Numbered from the whole stretch's first letter, positions 1 through 12,909 are shown. The stretch: DNA of 63,490 nucleotides, filler included, from Octopus bimaculoides (GCF_001194135.2; 5 parts of 5 records of this genome joined end to end with filler, not necessarily neighbours in it); one strand, 5' to 3'. Program-made: numbers and translations. The notes: generated from the letters alone by a model not told the origin.

Positions 1-9
1 GGTGCTATT

Positions 10-31
10 CCTTATTATTATTATTATTACA

Positions 32-102
<71 letters not shown>
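10..102. repeat. (ATT)n microsatellite
   Basis: Near-perfect ATT/TAA run. Confidence 0.95.
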
Positions 103-103
<1 letters not shown>

Positions 104-105
<2 letters not shown>

Positions 106-192
106 AAATAAGTACCAATTGAACACTGGATCCGATGTAATCGATTTACCTTCTCCTCAGAAATTGCTGGCCTTGTACCAAAACTTGAAACC
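104..192 (+). mobile_element. 3' half of tRNA-derived SINE, family A (Meta/MESC-core-like)
   Basis: ataaataagtacca...gatgtaatcga...aattgctggccttgtaccaaaacttgaaac matches the 3' halves of family A copies at 16476-16693 and 39500-39710. Confidence 0.7.
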
Positions 193-223
193 ATTATTAT
201 ATAGATCGGTATCATTATTATTG

Positions 224-729
224 TTCAGTAGTTTTATTTATAACGTGCTTTCACTTCACTACCGAGCGCAGCTCTGTGCGCCTCGAGTATGTGCTGTGGC
301 TTGCCGTGGTGCTCTCATGTTTACTGTATTGAAAGTGTTTTGCGTAGAATGTGTGCAGTACCCAGTAGTGCAATTTTCTGTATGTTATATATATTTATAA
401 GTCCTGGTGTTTTTGTTATGTATTTGTCTGAATATTTTTTTATTATACCTAAGGCACCTACTATGATAGGAAGTGTTTCTGTTTTTAGATTCCACATTCG
501 AGTTATCTCTATTTCCAGGTCTTTGTATTTTGAAAGGTTTTCCGTTTCTTTTGGAGAAACGTTGTCATCTGCTGGTATTGATACATCAATTAGAAAGCAT
601 TTTTGTTCTTCATGATCTTTGACAACTATATCTGGTCTATTTACCTTAATTTCTCTATCTGTGTGTGTTGGCATATCCCAGAGCATGGTTGCTTTCTCGT
701 TTTCTGTGACCTTTTCTGGCGTGTGTTTA
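224..729 (-). mobile_element. 5'-truncated R4/Dong-clade non-LTR retrotransposon: restriction-like endonuclease domain plus 3' UTR
   Basis: Open frame YKHTPEKVTENEKATMLWDMPTHTDREIKVNRPDIVVKD...CFLIDVSIP...SKYKDLEIEITRMW...LGTAHILRK shows RLE-type motifs (RPD, LID, KY). The 3' UTR has AATAAA and ends at TAA repeats, and the 5' break abuts (TAA)n. A second copy is at 33449-33781. Confidence 0.85.

Positions 730-791
<62 letters not shown>
730..791. repeat. (ATT)n microsatellite
   Basis: Perfect run. Confidence 0.95.
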
Positions 792-792
<1 letters not shown>

Positions 793-942
793 CGTTATAT
801 TATAGACATATAGTTTTACTAATTGATAATTTCCGAAATAATGTTATTCGTAATGTCGGCACAATCATAGGTGCAGATGTTTTCACTAATCACAAGGATT
901 CTGTGAAATACATCATGTTGCTTATTTCGCTTCTATTGGTGT

Positions 943-1130
943 ATCATCATCATCATCATCATCATCCTCAACATGGTCATCAACATCACCATCATCATCA
1001 TCGTCGTCGTCGTCGTCGTTGTCGTCATCATCATCGTCATCATCATCATCAACATCATCATCATCAGCAGCAGCAGTAGCAGCAGCAGTAGTCGTCGTCG
1101 TCTTAGTAGTAGTAGTAGTAGTAGTAGTAA

Positions 1131-1187
<57 letters not shown>
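943..1187. repeat. Compound trinucleotide microsatellite (CAT/CGT/CAG/AGT)
   Basis: Direct reading. Confidence 0.9.
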
Positions 1188-1190
<3 letters not shown>

Positions 1191-1502
1191 CTTTTCTTAT
1201 TGCAACTCTTGTATTCTCTATTATCCTTGTTCTTGCTTGTATGCTATTGTTGTGAATTGGATTTCTCGATAATTACTTTTGATCTCAGCATTATTTCTGT
1301 CTGTCTTTCTGTCTATCTTTCCTTTTTCCTCCTTCGTTTCTTTCTTTCTTTCTTTTTCCTTCTTCGTTTGTTTGTTTGTTTATGTCTTTCTTTCTTTCTT
1401 TCATCCTTTTTATTCTCAAAAAGAATAATCAATAAACACAATGAATCGAAGTAAAGAACGATGTGACGAATATAGAAAGAAGACAACCAACAACATAATA
1501 TC

Positions 1503-1550
<48 letters not shown>

Positions 1551-1980
1551 TGTAGTAGTAGTAGTAGTAGTAGTAGTAGTACGAGGTGGATGAGGATGAG
1601 GAGGAGGAGGATGAAGCGGAAGACGAGGGAAGAGGACGCGAAGTGGAGAAGGGGAGGATGAGGGGAGAGGGGCTGGAGGTAGCCTTAGTGGTGGTGGTGG
1701 TAGTAGTGGTAGTTGTAGTAGTAGTTGTAGTAGTAATAGTAGTAGAAGGAGGAGAAGAAGAAGAAGAAGAAGAAGAAGAAGAAGATGATGATGATGATGA
1801 AGATGAAGAAAAAGAAGGCAATGAAGAAGAAAAAGAAAAAGAAAAAGAAAAAAAAGGAGAAGAAGAAGAAGAAAAAGAAGAAGAAGAAGAAAAAGAAGAA
1901 ACAATATTAATGATAACAATATCGATGGCAATGATAATGATGATGATGATGATGATAACAATAGTAATAATAATAATAAC

Positions 1981-2018
<38 letters not shown>

Positions 2019-2050
2019 TAATAATAATGATGATGATGATGATGATAGTA
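1503..2050. repeat. Long compound trinucleotide chain (AGT/GAG/GGT/GAA/GAT/AAT)
   Basis: Direct reading; source of the poly-amino-acid ORFs in this interval. Confidence 0.9.
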
Positions 2051-2473
2051 TCACAATAATAGTACGAAATATAAATCAAGTATTTCAACAATAGAAGCTT
2101 AGTGAACGCAGTAAACAGTCAGAGAGCGGAAATTCTTGATAAAATAGACGAACGCCATGAAATGAGAGACTTTCAAGTAAGAATAACCGAAAAAATGAAA
2201 CACAGACACAACTGGCTGACAAAGAAATTCAACACAATAACTGTCACGACGATGACGACGACGATGGTGATGATGCCGATGATGGTGATAGCGTGGTGAC
2301 GGTCGTTGTTGTTGTTGTTGGGGTGGGTGGTAATGGCGGTGGCGATAACAATTAAGACGACGATGATGATGACGATGAGAATGATGATGTCGATTATGAT
2401 GATGATAATGAGCTTGCATGCATATATCTGTACATACATATATACATACATTCATACATATATATATATACAT

Positions 2474-2532
<59 letters not shown>

Positions 2533-3722
2533 NNNNNNNNNNNNNNNNNNNNNNNNNNNNNNNNNNNNNNNNNNNNNNNNNNNNNNNNNNNNNNNNNNNN
2601 NNNNNNNNNNNNNNNNNNNNNNNNNNNNNNNNNNNNNNNNNNNNNNNNNNNNNNNNNNNNNNNNNNNNNNNNNNNNNNNNNNNNNNNNNNNNNNNNNNNN
2701 NNNNNNNNNNNNNNNNNNNNNNNNNNNNNNNNNNNNNNNNNNNNNNNNNNNNNNNNNNNNNNNNNNNNNNNNNNNNNNNNNNNNNNNNNNNNNNNNNNNN
2801 NNNNNNNNNNNNNNNNNTATATATATTTGGGGAATGATGAATTAATGTATGCATGTACACGTATATACACACACACACATTTCTGTTCGGAGGCAAACAT
2901 CCAGTTTTCATTTGTTTTCTTCAAAACTCTCTATATGTATAAGCTTACCGTGGCAGGCCAAGACCTTTATCTTTGGAGTCAGTCCTTAACATACATAGAA
3001 GAGACCTTTATAATACAGTCAAGCTTTCATCCTGCTTCACTGGCTGCAATATATTTCCTAAATTGATCATAATCTCAGCTTGTTTAAGGTTGACATGGTG
3101 CTACATGGGAACAGTAATCGGTTGCAGATCACCTATTTTAGCGACCTCCCTATAAGGATACGGAAATTTATCCCTAGAAGTTTAAATCGCCATGGCTGTG
3201 TATTGTTTTCGGGCTACGTATATGTATGCAATTATGTCTAATACTACTAACAGGCTTGATTTAACAAATATTTATCACATTAATGTATCACAAACACGAT
3301 TAATCTCGCTGTTAAACTACAATATTAGAATTCTACGCGGGTTAATTTAATATACTGCTAATAGAATGAATACTATACATACTCCTTCCATTGTTTTGGG
3401 ATTTCTTAAGAGATAAACATGTAGGTTTCACCTGATTTCACATGGGAAATGGCTTGAAAATTAATTGAAAATTGAATTAAGACAGAACGTTATGCTACTA
3501 TTAGTTATATCTGTAGGTAGCTGTTAACCGTTAATGGCTCGGTAATAGTTCCCCTATAGAATGACTTGCATCATCTTTCAGTTGTCAATCTAAGTGATCC
3601 ACGGTAACGATCGAAAATCATTTAAGATTGTTCGTCATGTTTTTTTTTACATACGGAGAAATAGCTAAAGCTACCTCTGTATATTTATCTACGATATGGA
3701 TCGCATATATTCTTTTCTAATC

Positions 3723-3901
3723 TAGGCAGAAGGTCCGAAAATTTTTGGGAGGGGGCCAGTCGATTAGATCGACCCAGTACACAACTGGTATTTAAATTAT
3801 CGACCTTAAAAGAATGAAAGGCAAAGTCGACCTCGGTGGAATTTGAACTCAGAACATAAAGACAGGCGAAATACCGCTAAGCATTTCGCCCAGCGTGCTA
3901 G
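3723..3901 (-). mobile_element. tRNA-derived SINE family A
   Basis: Reverse complement reads tagcacgctgggcgaaatgcttagcggtatttcg...gttctgagttcaaattccaccgaggtcgactttgcctttcattct...gataatttaaataccagtt, with a B-box GTTCAAAT. Confidence 0.85.
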
Positions 3902-3929
3902 GTTTCTGTAGATTACACATATTATCAAA

Positions 3930-4255
3930 AGGAGCACTCCGTCGGTTACGACGATGAGGGTCACATCACAACTGATTCCGATCAACGAAACAGCTTGCGC
4001 GTAAAATTAACATGCAGGTGGCTGAGCGCTCCACAGACACGTGTACTCTTAACGTCGCTCTGGGGGAGATTCAGCGTAACACAGAGTTTGCCATGGCTGG
4101 CTCTCTAAATTACAGATGCAACTCATTTTTGCCAGCTGAGTGGACTGGAGCAACGTGAAATAAAGTGTCTCGCTCAAGGACAACGCGTCACCGTGAATTG
4201 AATTCACGACCTTAAATCATGAGCCGAATGTCCTAACCACTAAGCCATCTGCTTT
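3930..4255 (-). mobile_element. tRNA-derived SINE family B, near full length
   Basis: Head gcagatggcttagtggttagg (A box)...gaattcaattc (B-box-like), body tccttgagcgagacactttatttcacgttgctccagtccactcagc. Its tail is shared with 4433-4800 and 38345-38625. Confidence 0.8.
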
Positions 4256-4430
4256 CAGACATATATTTTATCATGAAACTGTGTGGATCGCGATCCCCTT
4301 TGACAGGGATCTCCTATATTCCTTTTTTTTTTTAATGTTCAACCGTTAGTGTATGCAACGTAATTGCTTCAGGTCTCTGTAGTTGTAGATTTTTTTGAGC
4401 ATATACATAGCATGCTTATTTCGTTAGCGT

Positions 4431-4803
4431 GGAGGCGCAATGGCTCAGTGGTTAGGGCGGAGGACAAGTGGTCGTAGGATCTTGGTTTCCATTCCCAGAT
4501 CAGGCGTTGTGAGTGTTTATTCAGCGAAAACACCTAAACGCTCCACGAAGCTCCAGCATGGTGTGGTGGCGAACACTACTATACTCTTTCACCACAACTT
4601 TCTCTCAATCTTTCTTCCTATTTCTGTTGTACCCTTATTTCAAAGGGTCAGCCTTGACACACTCTGTGACAGGCTGAATCCCACCCCCGATTGATGGTAC
4701 ATGTGTCTGTGGAGGGTTCAACCCCTTTACACGTTAATTTCACTAGCAGGCTTTTCCGTTGATCGGATCAACTGGAACCCTCGTCCTCGTAACCGACGGA
4801 GGG
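4431..4803 (+). mobile_element. tRNA-derived SINE family C (different head, family-B-type 3' tail)
   Basis: Head ggaggcgcaatggctcagtggttagg (A box). Tail caaagggtcagccttgacacactctg...gttgatcggatcaactggaaccctcgtcctcgtaaccgacgga is homologous to the reverse complement of 3940-4100. Confidence 0.8.
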
Positions 4804-5492
4804 TCGTAGTAATTTCTTTAGAGTAGGTCGAAGTAATTGAGACTGTTCTGATGAGAACTCAATAATGTCCGAATGAGTTTCATACATCGCTTTCCAACAT
4901 ATCTGTATTCTGATAGTAAACATATCCAGACTCCAATATATAACGGAGTATATTGTTTTCATTTTTATCTCATACAAAACCTATGATCAAAGTAGTTTTG
5001 TAGCTGTTTTCTTTTTTCTTTTTTTTTTTTCAAACATCTTTTGGTTTTTATTTGAATAAATATATACACAGCTACATTATCCATCGAAAAGTTCGTTTCA
5101 CGAAATGGCTAGAAGTAATGCGTATTGGGATTTGGTTGATGTTTGCAGCAGATCAAATAAACAGGTACACTCTACTACAGAGACTCTGGCGAAACGCTTG
5201 TATATTGTGTTGCTAGTTTAACTAGTTATCAATCATTTTCAATAGGCCGCCGTTATTTCTTTCTCTTTATTCTGATGGTGGAGTTGTTATGATTGAATCG
5301 CCATTTTAAGATTTCTCTTTGTAATGAATGTTTTATGTTCAATAATAATTGCGGATGAGATCGATAAACAATTTGTTTTATGGAGTAATATTCCAGTATT
5401 AACTAACAAAAATTATATTTTGATGTTTATACTCAAAATGTATTTACTTATTCCTCTGTAGTATATCACTGTATTTGATATAAAAGTGAACG

Positions 5493-5610
5493 AGATGGCC
5501 GAAACATTAGCAAGTTAGACATGATGCTTAGCGCGATTTCCTCTAGTTATTCATGTTCCGAGTCCAAATCCCGCTACCAGCTAAATTTTACCTTTCTTTT
5601 CTATGGTGAT
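5493..5610 (+). mobile_element. Degenerate SINE family A head
   Basis: gatggccgaaacattagc...atgcttagcgcgatttc...gttccgagtccaaatccc. Confidence 0.5.
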
Positions 5611-5759
5611 CACTAAAATATACTACCAGTAACGTAATTAGTTCGATGGAGTCAACTGCCCCCTGAAAATTCCTGAACACTTCAACGGAGCATCGTGTTG
5701 TTTCGCTAGTCACTTATCATGGTATTACAGCATCGACCAGACCATCAGATGAAGTTATA

Positions 5760-6230
5760 CATGCTGATCACAATGCGCTTCCAATTCAGTCTGGATTGTA
5801 CCATGCTGTTCTATCTTAACCACATCGCCTTCCATTCGTCGTGGAAGCCTTCAATCTTCTCTTTATCAATCGGTAACTGTACTGCTCTATCCGTTGTCTG
5901 TGAACCTTGCGAATTGTCCTAGCGAGGGGAACTTGAATTATCAGTATTTTGCAATCGCATCGTTCGTTCCGCTCCGTTCTTGAATTACTTAATTTCTATT
6001 ATCCTCTCGTAATGATATTACTAGGACAGATCATTCCATAATCCTTTGCATCATATCCAATCGACGTTCTAACCTCTTCGTGTCACTTCCGTATAAGATG
6101 GCAGGTACGACAGTGCTATTAAAGAGTCTGGAGGTATTGTGTTGTCTTGCTGTGTTTGGGCTAATTGCCTTACAACAGGCCCTCATTCTTCTTCGGATTT
6201 CAGCATTTAAACGCAGTTGGAACTGTATAA
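5760..6230 (-). pseudogene. RTE-clade LINE C-terminal remnant
   Basis: Manual translation with stops: LNAEIRRRMRA...LFNSTVVPAILYGSDT...MQRIME*SVLVISLREDNRN*VIQERSG...GQFARFTDNG, which fits the RTE post-RT pattern EI.RR..A / PAL.YG.E / ME..L..SL.D..RN / GH.AR..DN. Confidence 0.7.
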
Positions 6231-9200
6231 TTGCGCACCAGGACTAAAAGTTAGAAACATATAAAATATATCACTGTATCCGTGCATAATAAATCACTAT
6301 AAATCTCTGGCTGCATGGACGTTAAGGATGAAATGTTCTTTGAGTGAGGTAGTAATTTGCATTTACTATCGTAACAAATTTACGTCCATTTTGAAACATT
6401 TATAAAGAAACGTTACGCAAACCTTCACAAATCCCCAAATACATCTTTTTATTTGTTGAACGCATAAAACTTACTTTAACTTGTCATTTTTTCCTGATAG
6501 ATGTCATAATGAAAGATGTAGAATAAATTTCTATTAACGTATATTCTGTTGCTGAAAATATGTTTTTAGAGAAGTTGATCTCATCCTTAAATATCGCAGT
6601 TTTATTTGCACGATGCAACTTTTCATTTTAACGCTCAAAACTTGAATGAAACAAATGTAGACCTAATGATTCTACTTACTCACGCGCATCATTAAAATCG
6701 GTTTTTCATTCAGTACTTTTAGCAGACATTAGAATTCTTATCAATTTAGATTCCTTTATATAGACTATCCTACGCCTACAGTCTGTAGTAAACCTTACGA
6801 GCTGTAATCTTTTCAAACATTAATAAAATATATTGTTTGTTAGATGTTTAAGGACAAAAGCCCTCAATTACAATTCCATTATCTATGTTCTGTGTATTTC
6901 TTGCGTCTTTAATGTCTAACGAATTGAAAGAAATACTTGTCCATTATTTGGATCTGTCTGAAGACATTTCCAATCAAACGCTGGTAAACTCTTAATGAAA
7001 ACTGGCATAATTGGCACTTTTCCTCTGTCTTCCAATACGTTATCGTTTGTCTATAAGTGTCTTTGATCTAGTAATTAATTTGATGTGAACTTATATCTTA
7101 TTCATATTAATCTCAGTAACCCTGGTTTTATTAATTACGAATATATTGACATTTTTTTTTCATGTAGATTGTGCTAACATTTCTATAATTAACAGTGAAG
7201 TGTTAATTGAGATTAAACAGAATTGCAACATTCTAAATTATATTTGTGCAATACAAACGAGGTAACATCTATAATAAACTAATTTTGAGAGATCGTTGTC
7301 TGATAATCTAGAATTTTCCCCGTCGTCATATTCCACATATAAGAATATATTTCAATAGAAGATATGCAAATATTTACCAATATTTCGTTTTTATATTTGC
7401 TTTGTGAGAATGTTGATGCGAATTTGAGAGTCAAAACAAATGTTGTTTCGGGTTGGTCATTACGCCAATAATAAGCGAACATAGCGAGGTTCAATACCAC
7501 ATATTTAATGTCAGTCAATTGGTTAAACTTCTAACCAAACAGAGATTCGATTGTTTCCATAAGGCTTTGGTTAAACAATGAATCGATTATTTTGAAAATC
7601 CTTTCGTCGTTATTTGCAACCTCAGCAATTCCATGGTCTCGCTCTTTATGGTCTGCCTTGAGTCTGTCTCAAGGTTATTTGATTAGACATTTAACTGACA
7701 GCCAAACAAACACTAAACGATATTGAACCAGTGTGTGTACTATTTTTGGCGTAGTGATGCTCTAAAGCCAAAGCAAGATTTATCAATAATTTATCAAGAT
7801 TTATTTATGAATAAAACTATAATAACATAATCGTAATCTTACTTTGCATAGAGTGCTTCACCTCCTAAAATCATAACAGGTAGAAGGCATCGAACTATAT
7901 ATAAGTATCTTTGTGTGTAACTCTACCTTTACTGTATCTCTAAAGAATATTCACCTGGGATTTTACATACATACATATAATTTAATGCAGTTGTGTTTTC
8001 CAGTTAACGTAGTTCATACATACTTGACTAGTTTGCTTTCGTATAATTTTAGATTTCTACGTAAATTTCACACATCTAACTTCGCAATGTTCAGCAATGT
8101 GAAATCTGTCATTCGGGAAATGTATGATATCGCTTCTTCCAGAAAGGTGCTTGTAAAGTGTTTTTATGGAAAAAAAAAAGCAGTATAAATATATGTAAAT
8201 CCGTTTATCTGTTTTTATTTTGACATAATGGGAAATATAACGGAAAGAATTACATTGATAATTCATGTGGTGACAAAATAATAAAGTGCATGTAATAGAA
8301 TCCTACATTGTTTGAATAAAGGAAGAAACAAGTGGCGGCATTAAATTTGAAGCAAATCCTACAACTGTGACATGTACAGATAAAATTATACGCACAGATT
8401 ATAGAAGACAGTGTCTGCAAAAGAATTTCATCGTATAATAGACATTGAAACACTACTTAATTCGAAGAATTATCATCTGATGTATCATGTTTAAACCAGA
8501 CGACGACTATCTTCGCGATTAAGTTATACATGTATATATGACACTCCTGAATTAAGAGTAATATAATAAAAAATATAGCTATACACATGCAGTCGTGTTT
8601 CCTTCCTACATATTATGATTAAAATATATCTAAAATATATAATAAATGAATAAATAATTCATTAATTTCAAGAAGACTGAAAATTAATGTTGTACAGGAA
8701 TTTGAGAGAAACAAATAATGTATATAAGAAACATCTTAATTGGTCACGTAAACGACATATAAATGTATCGTTCATGTACAAGACATATCTTTCAATTAAT
8801 AAATTTACTTACTGGACATAATGAGTACAAAAGTAATATATATTCTGCAACAGAAAACAATAGCTACTATATGTTCTTTGTTTGTTCAATCTAAAGATGG
8901 TTCCTCTGTTAACTCAAGAAATAATTCTCGCATATAAACTGTTTTAAGAGGAACGTTCAACATTGTTTTGTATTTTTTCAGTTGTTACTTGAATGCTTGA
9001 TGTTATACAAATGAGAAACGAATTGTGTAATGTGTGATGTATACGGAAATCAAATAATTTTTTTTAATGAAAATAAGACACTAGGATTCACGACACACAC
9101 TAGGATTCTATATTTCGCATGAATTCATGCATACGGGCATCTGTTTGTGAGATGTTTCTATATGTACGTGAGTCTATGCACACACACATACACACATACA

Positions 9201-9542
9201 CACACACGCACACTCTCTTTTTCTCAATCTATCTCACGCACACACACTGTCTCACTCAAACACACACACCTATAGTTGGGTTTATGTGTGTATATATGTA
9301 CTCAGTCACTTCAAAATATCAAAATATCTTACATTGTTCTTCACTATATGATTGTTTCAGCTTCTCTTGCAAGCGTGATATTTTTTTTTTACCTTTATGT
9401 TATGCATATGTCACATCTTTCCCACTGCATACCATGTATACTATTTTTTAAATCATTTCATTTTTATATGTAAACCCATCACTTTATATCTATCTCTGTA
9501 TTGTCCCCTCATCTTTCGCCCACGTGCCAAATAAATGAAGAG

Positions 9543-9543
<1 letters not shown>

Positions 9544-9604
<61 letters not shown>

Positions 9605-9610
9605 TATTAT
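9544..9610. repeat. (CAT)n microsatellite
   Basis: Direct reading. Confidence 0.95.
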
Positions 9611-9656
9611 TTTGTAGCCCTGATTATTTTTGTTATTAATATCATTATTGTTCCTG

Positions 9657-9865
9657 AAGCGGTGAGATGGCTGAATCATTAACACGCTGGGCTAAATAGC
9701 AGCATTTCGTCAGTCTTCACGTTTCGAGTTCAGATTCTGCTGAGTTCGATTTTTACCTATCATCCTTTGGCATTCGTTCAAACAAGTATCAGTTACATAC
9801 TGGTATCGATGCCTTTGAATTACTCCTTCACGAGGTTGGCGTTGAGCCAAAATTTGAAATCATTG
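9657..9865 (+). mobile_element. Degenerate SINE family A, full length
   Basis: gaagcggtgagatggctgaatcattaacacgctggg...gagttcagattc...aagtatcagttacatactgg...ccaaaatttgaaatc. Confidence 0.7.
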
Positions 9866-11389
9866 TAATTGTTCTTCCTGTCTTTATTATTTTTAATTAT
9901 GTTATTCAGATAAATTGAACTACATATCATATTGTTTACATTGGTTCCACAAAGCAATACTTTGCTACATGACGTAAAATATTATCAAAAACTACTTGCA
10001 TAGATATAGTTTTCGAAATATTGTAGTCTTCTCCTGCAGGGCTTGACAAAAAAAAATAATGTTTTGTTTCCTTATTTGTGAAGAAAGTTCCACTTTTCCT
10101 TCTTATGAAAAATCATTTCGGAAATTTCACGCCGTGACCCCAATAAACAGAAAACTGAAGACGTACAAAATAACATATTTCACACTGAGATGTCCAAGTT
10201 TTATCAAAGTAAAAGATAATGTATTGATAGCAACGATGAATAAATATGTTGGAAACATAGCATTTTAACAAGGAGTGAAAATATATCGAGTCGAAATGTC
10301 AACACAAGCAATAATTGTTAAACGTATACATTCTTCAGCAGATATAATGAAAAACATTTATCGGTCGCAAATACTTATTGTGTTTTGTTTATACATCAAA
10401 TTTCCTGACAGATAGCCTCCGTGGAAACCTCCCTGTAACATAGACCAGACAAGAAAACTTGCGTCAACATCACCGAAAATCAGAAATACCGATAGGTGTC
10501 TATTATTTCGGCGTCGCAGTGCCATGAACTCGGACCATTTCATTTGGTACAATGACGCATGGTAAACAAATTTCTTCTACACCGCAATGAATTTCTGTAC
10601 TCCAACGTTGATTAAACAGAAATATGATGGAGAACGTAAAAATTATAAAATAGACATTAGTGTCATACAGATATCGTTATCATGAACTAATCGGCAGCAA
10701 ATGTTCTGTCACAATGCTGATGAAAAATGTATATTTTATTACCTTTCTTTGCTCAACTTTAATGTATGAACATCCAATGAACCAAGACCCACTATGAGAA
10801 GTCAAAGAGAGTTGTTTCCTATACAGGAGCGGAATGAGAGAATTCCCTTCTTTTGTTTAATTGCTTTTCATTTCACAATGTTGACTGGCCTTTCTGCCTG
10901 TTTTATATCAATAAAAAAAGGCCCGTGGTACTTCAGGCTCACTTGCACGAAGAAATATACAAATAGAGCGAATAAGTGTGAAAATAGCAACGGAAAGAAG
11001 CAAAGTAGAAATTACTACTTAATAACTGAATATGGATGATGTAAACACTTCCTCTCCTTCTATACAANNNNNNNNNNNNNNNNNNNNNNNNNNNNNNNNN
11101 NNNNNNNNNNNNNNNNNNNNNNNNNNNNNNNNNNNNNNNNNNNNNNNNNNNNNNNNNNNNNNNNNNNNNNNNNNNNNNNNNNNNNNNNNNNNNNNNNNNN
11201 NNNNNNNNNNNNNNNNNNNNNNNNNNNNNNNNNNNNNNNNNNNNNNNNNNNNNNNNNNNNNNNNNNNNNNNNNNNNNNNNNNNNNNNNNNNNNNNNNNNN
11301 NNNNNNNNNNNNNNNNNNNNNNNNNNNNNNNNNNNNNNNNNNNNNNNNNNNNNNNNNNNNNNNNNNNNTTTTTTATGTTGGTGAATGCT

Positions 11390-11830
11390 GCCATAATTCT
11401 TGCTTTCAGTTAATCTTTTACTTTACAAAAGGCTCTGTTGGTCTCTCATTCATGGGGATTACAGTCTTGGGAGTTAAATGGCCGGACCTTAATGGTTCAT
11501 GTGGTCGCAGAAAATGTCTGACAGGCACGACTGTGTCCTCCTACTTGTGTGACATGCCGCACAGGCCTGTTACCAGGCATAGGGTCTTCCAGCAGCCACC
11601 CTTTTCACCCAAAGCAACACTACCTCATCCAGGAACCTTATGTTTGCATCTGTGTTGAGTCTGAGGCCGTGTGGGATGATGAATGGAGGCATAACAAGTG
11701 ATCACTCGAAACACGGATACTGACCGGATGTTTGATTTTTATCTCTCTCGGTACAGGTTTTTGGGACACTGCAAGTCAGAGTTTGCTCTGTGTGTACACC
11801 ATCTGATCGAACTAGAAATTTTCGACGCAA
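11390..11830 (-). pseudogene. maT/DD37D-type Tc1-mariner transposase fragment
   Basis: Nucleotide homology to 36372-36840 (shared tgtgttgagtctgaggcc, tgtgtg..caccatctgatc, gatgtggtcgcagaaa). Confidence 0.7.
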
Positions 11831-12139
11831 ATAACAAATGGTACAATATGTCGTTTCCAAATTTCTGGCAGAGTGAATTACGTAACAGTACGGTTTTTCT
11901 GACATTCAGCACACTTCGAAGTATGCGGATAGTACTGACCTACTGGCAAAGACGTGAGAGTGCAACAAACATGAAAAATTTGTCTTACTTCTAGGAAGAA
12001 CATTCGATAAATGGACAAACCAGAATCGGATAATACACTATCTACTTTTCGGACTCTTCAAATACGTTTGTTAACGTAAACTTCATCAGTCTTCATCAGC
12101 TGCATCTACCTAGACAATATTTCAAAGGTTGCCACATCA

Positions 12140-12258
12140 ATGCCAGTACACACATACACAAACGCACGCACACACAAAGAGGCACATACAGCACACACAC
12201 ACACACAAAGAGGCACACACACACACACACACAGAGGCACACACACACACACACAGAG

Positions 12259-12302
<44 letters not shown>

Positions 12303-12324
12303 GCACACACACACACACACAGAG

Positions 12325-12371
<47 letters not shown>

Positions 12372-12372
12372 A
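12140..12372. repeat. (CA)n microsatellite punctuated by about six AGAGG motifs
   Basis: Repeating AGAGG(CA)n units of variable length. Confidence 0.85.
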
Positions 12373-12875
12373 ACCTATGATATTTCGAGATGGTAATTTT
12401 TTTTCTGTCAAAGAATAACACACACTATATTTTTCTGCACTTGTTTATTGCCGTTCTTAATTTATTTGTTTCACTCATGTTCATTGTCTGGAAATCTTGC
12501 GTCACACATCTGTGACCTCTTCAGCATCACTTTCCTATTTCCTGTGTTCTTGCTAAAAATGTTCCATTGTGTTTTGTTAAGACGTGTGTCCTTATTTGCG
12601 CATGCGCTTTGTCCTTGTTAGTGTGTGTGAGTATTCTTGTCTGTGCGTCATAGTTTCTATATATATGTATACTTAAATGGAATACATAAATGTATATATA
12701 TATGTGTGCGTCTGTATGAGCACATATATCAATATCACGCATACATAAACATGTGTATATCGAAATATAGATTTAAGTGTATATACGTTCAAAAAAGTAT
12801 ATGCATATAGTTATATATACGATATGATGCACAAATGAGTGGATGAGCATATATATATATATATATATATATGTG

Positions 12876-12909
<34 letters not shown>

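Noticed and set aside
2-2451. Long homopolymeric ORFs (poly-I, L, S, E, V, H)
   Set aside because: They are translations of trinucleotide microsatellites and appear in several frames and both strands.
4436-4510. tRNA-like sequences (also 4180-4255, 20733-20800, 20975-21045)
   Set aside because: They have A/B boxes but no complete cloverleaf and continue into SINE bodies, so they are SINE heads rather than tRNA genes.
4847-4885. CTGATGA followed by a hairpin
   Set aside because: No GAAA follows the stem, so it is not a hammerhead.
10358-10470. Good-looking minus-strand acceptor (ttgtctggtctatgttacag)
   Set aside because: All frames stop soon, no donor was found, and there is no recognisable product.
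12040-12105. Minus-strand CTGATGA...GAAA
   Set aside because: Stem II does not close with G-C and there is no stem I or III pairing.
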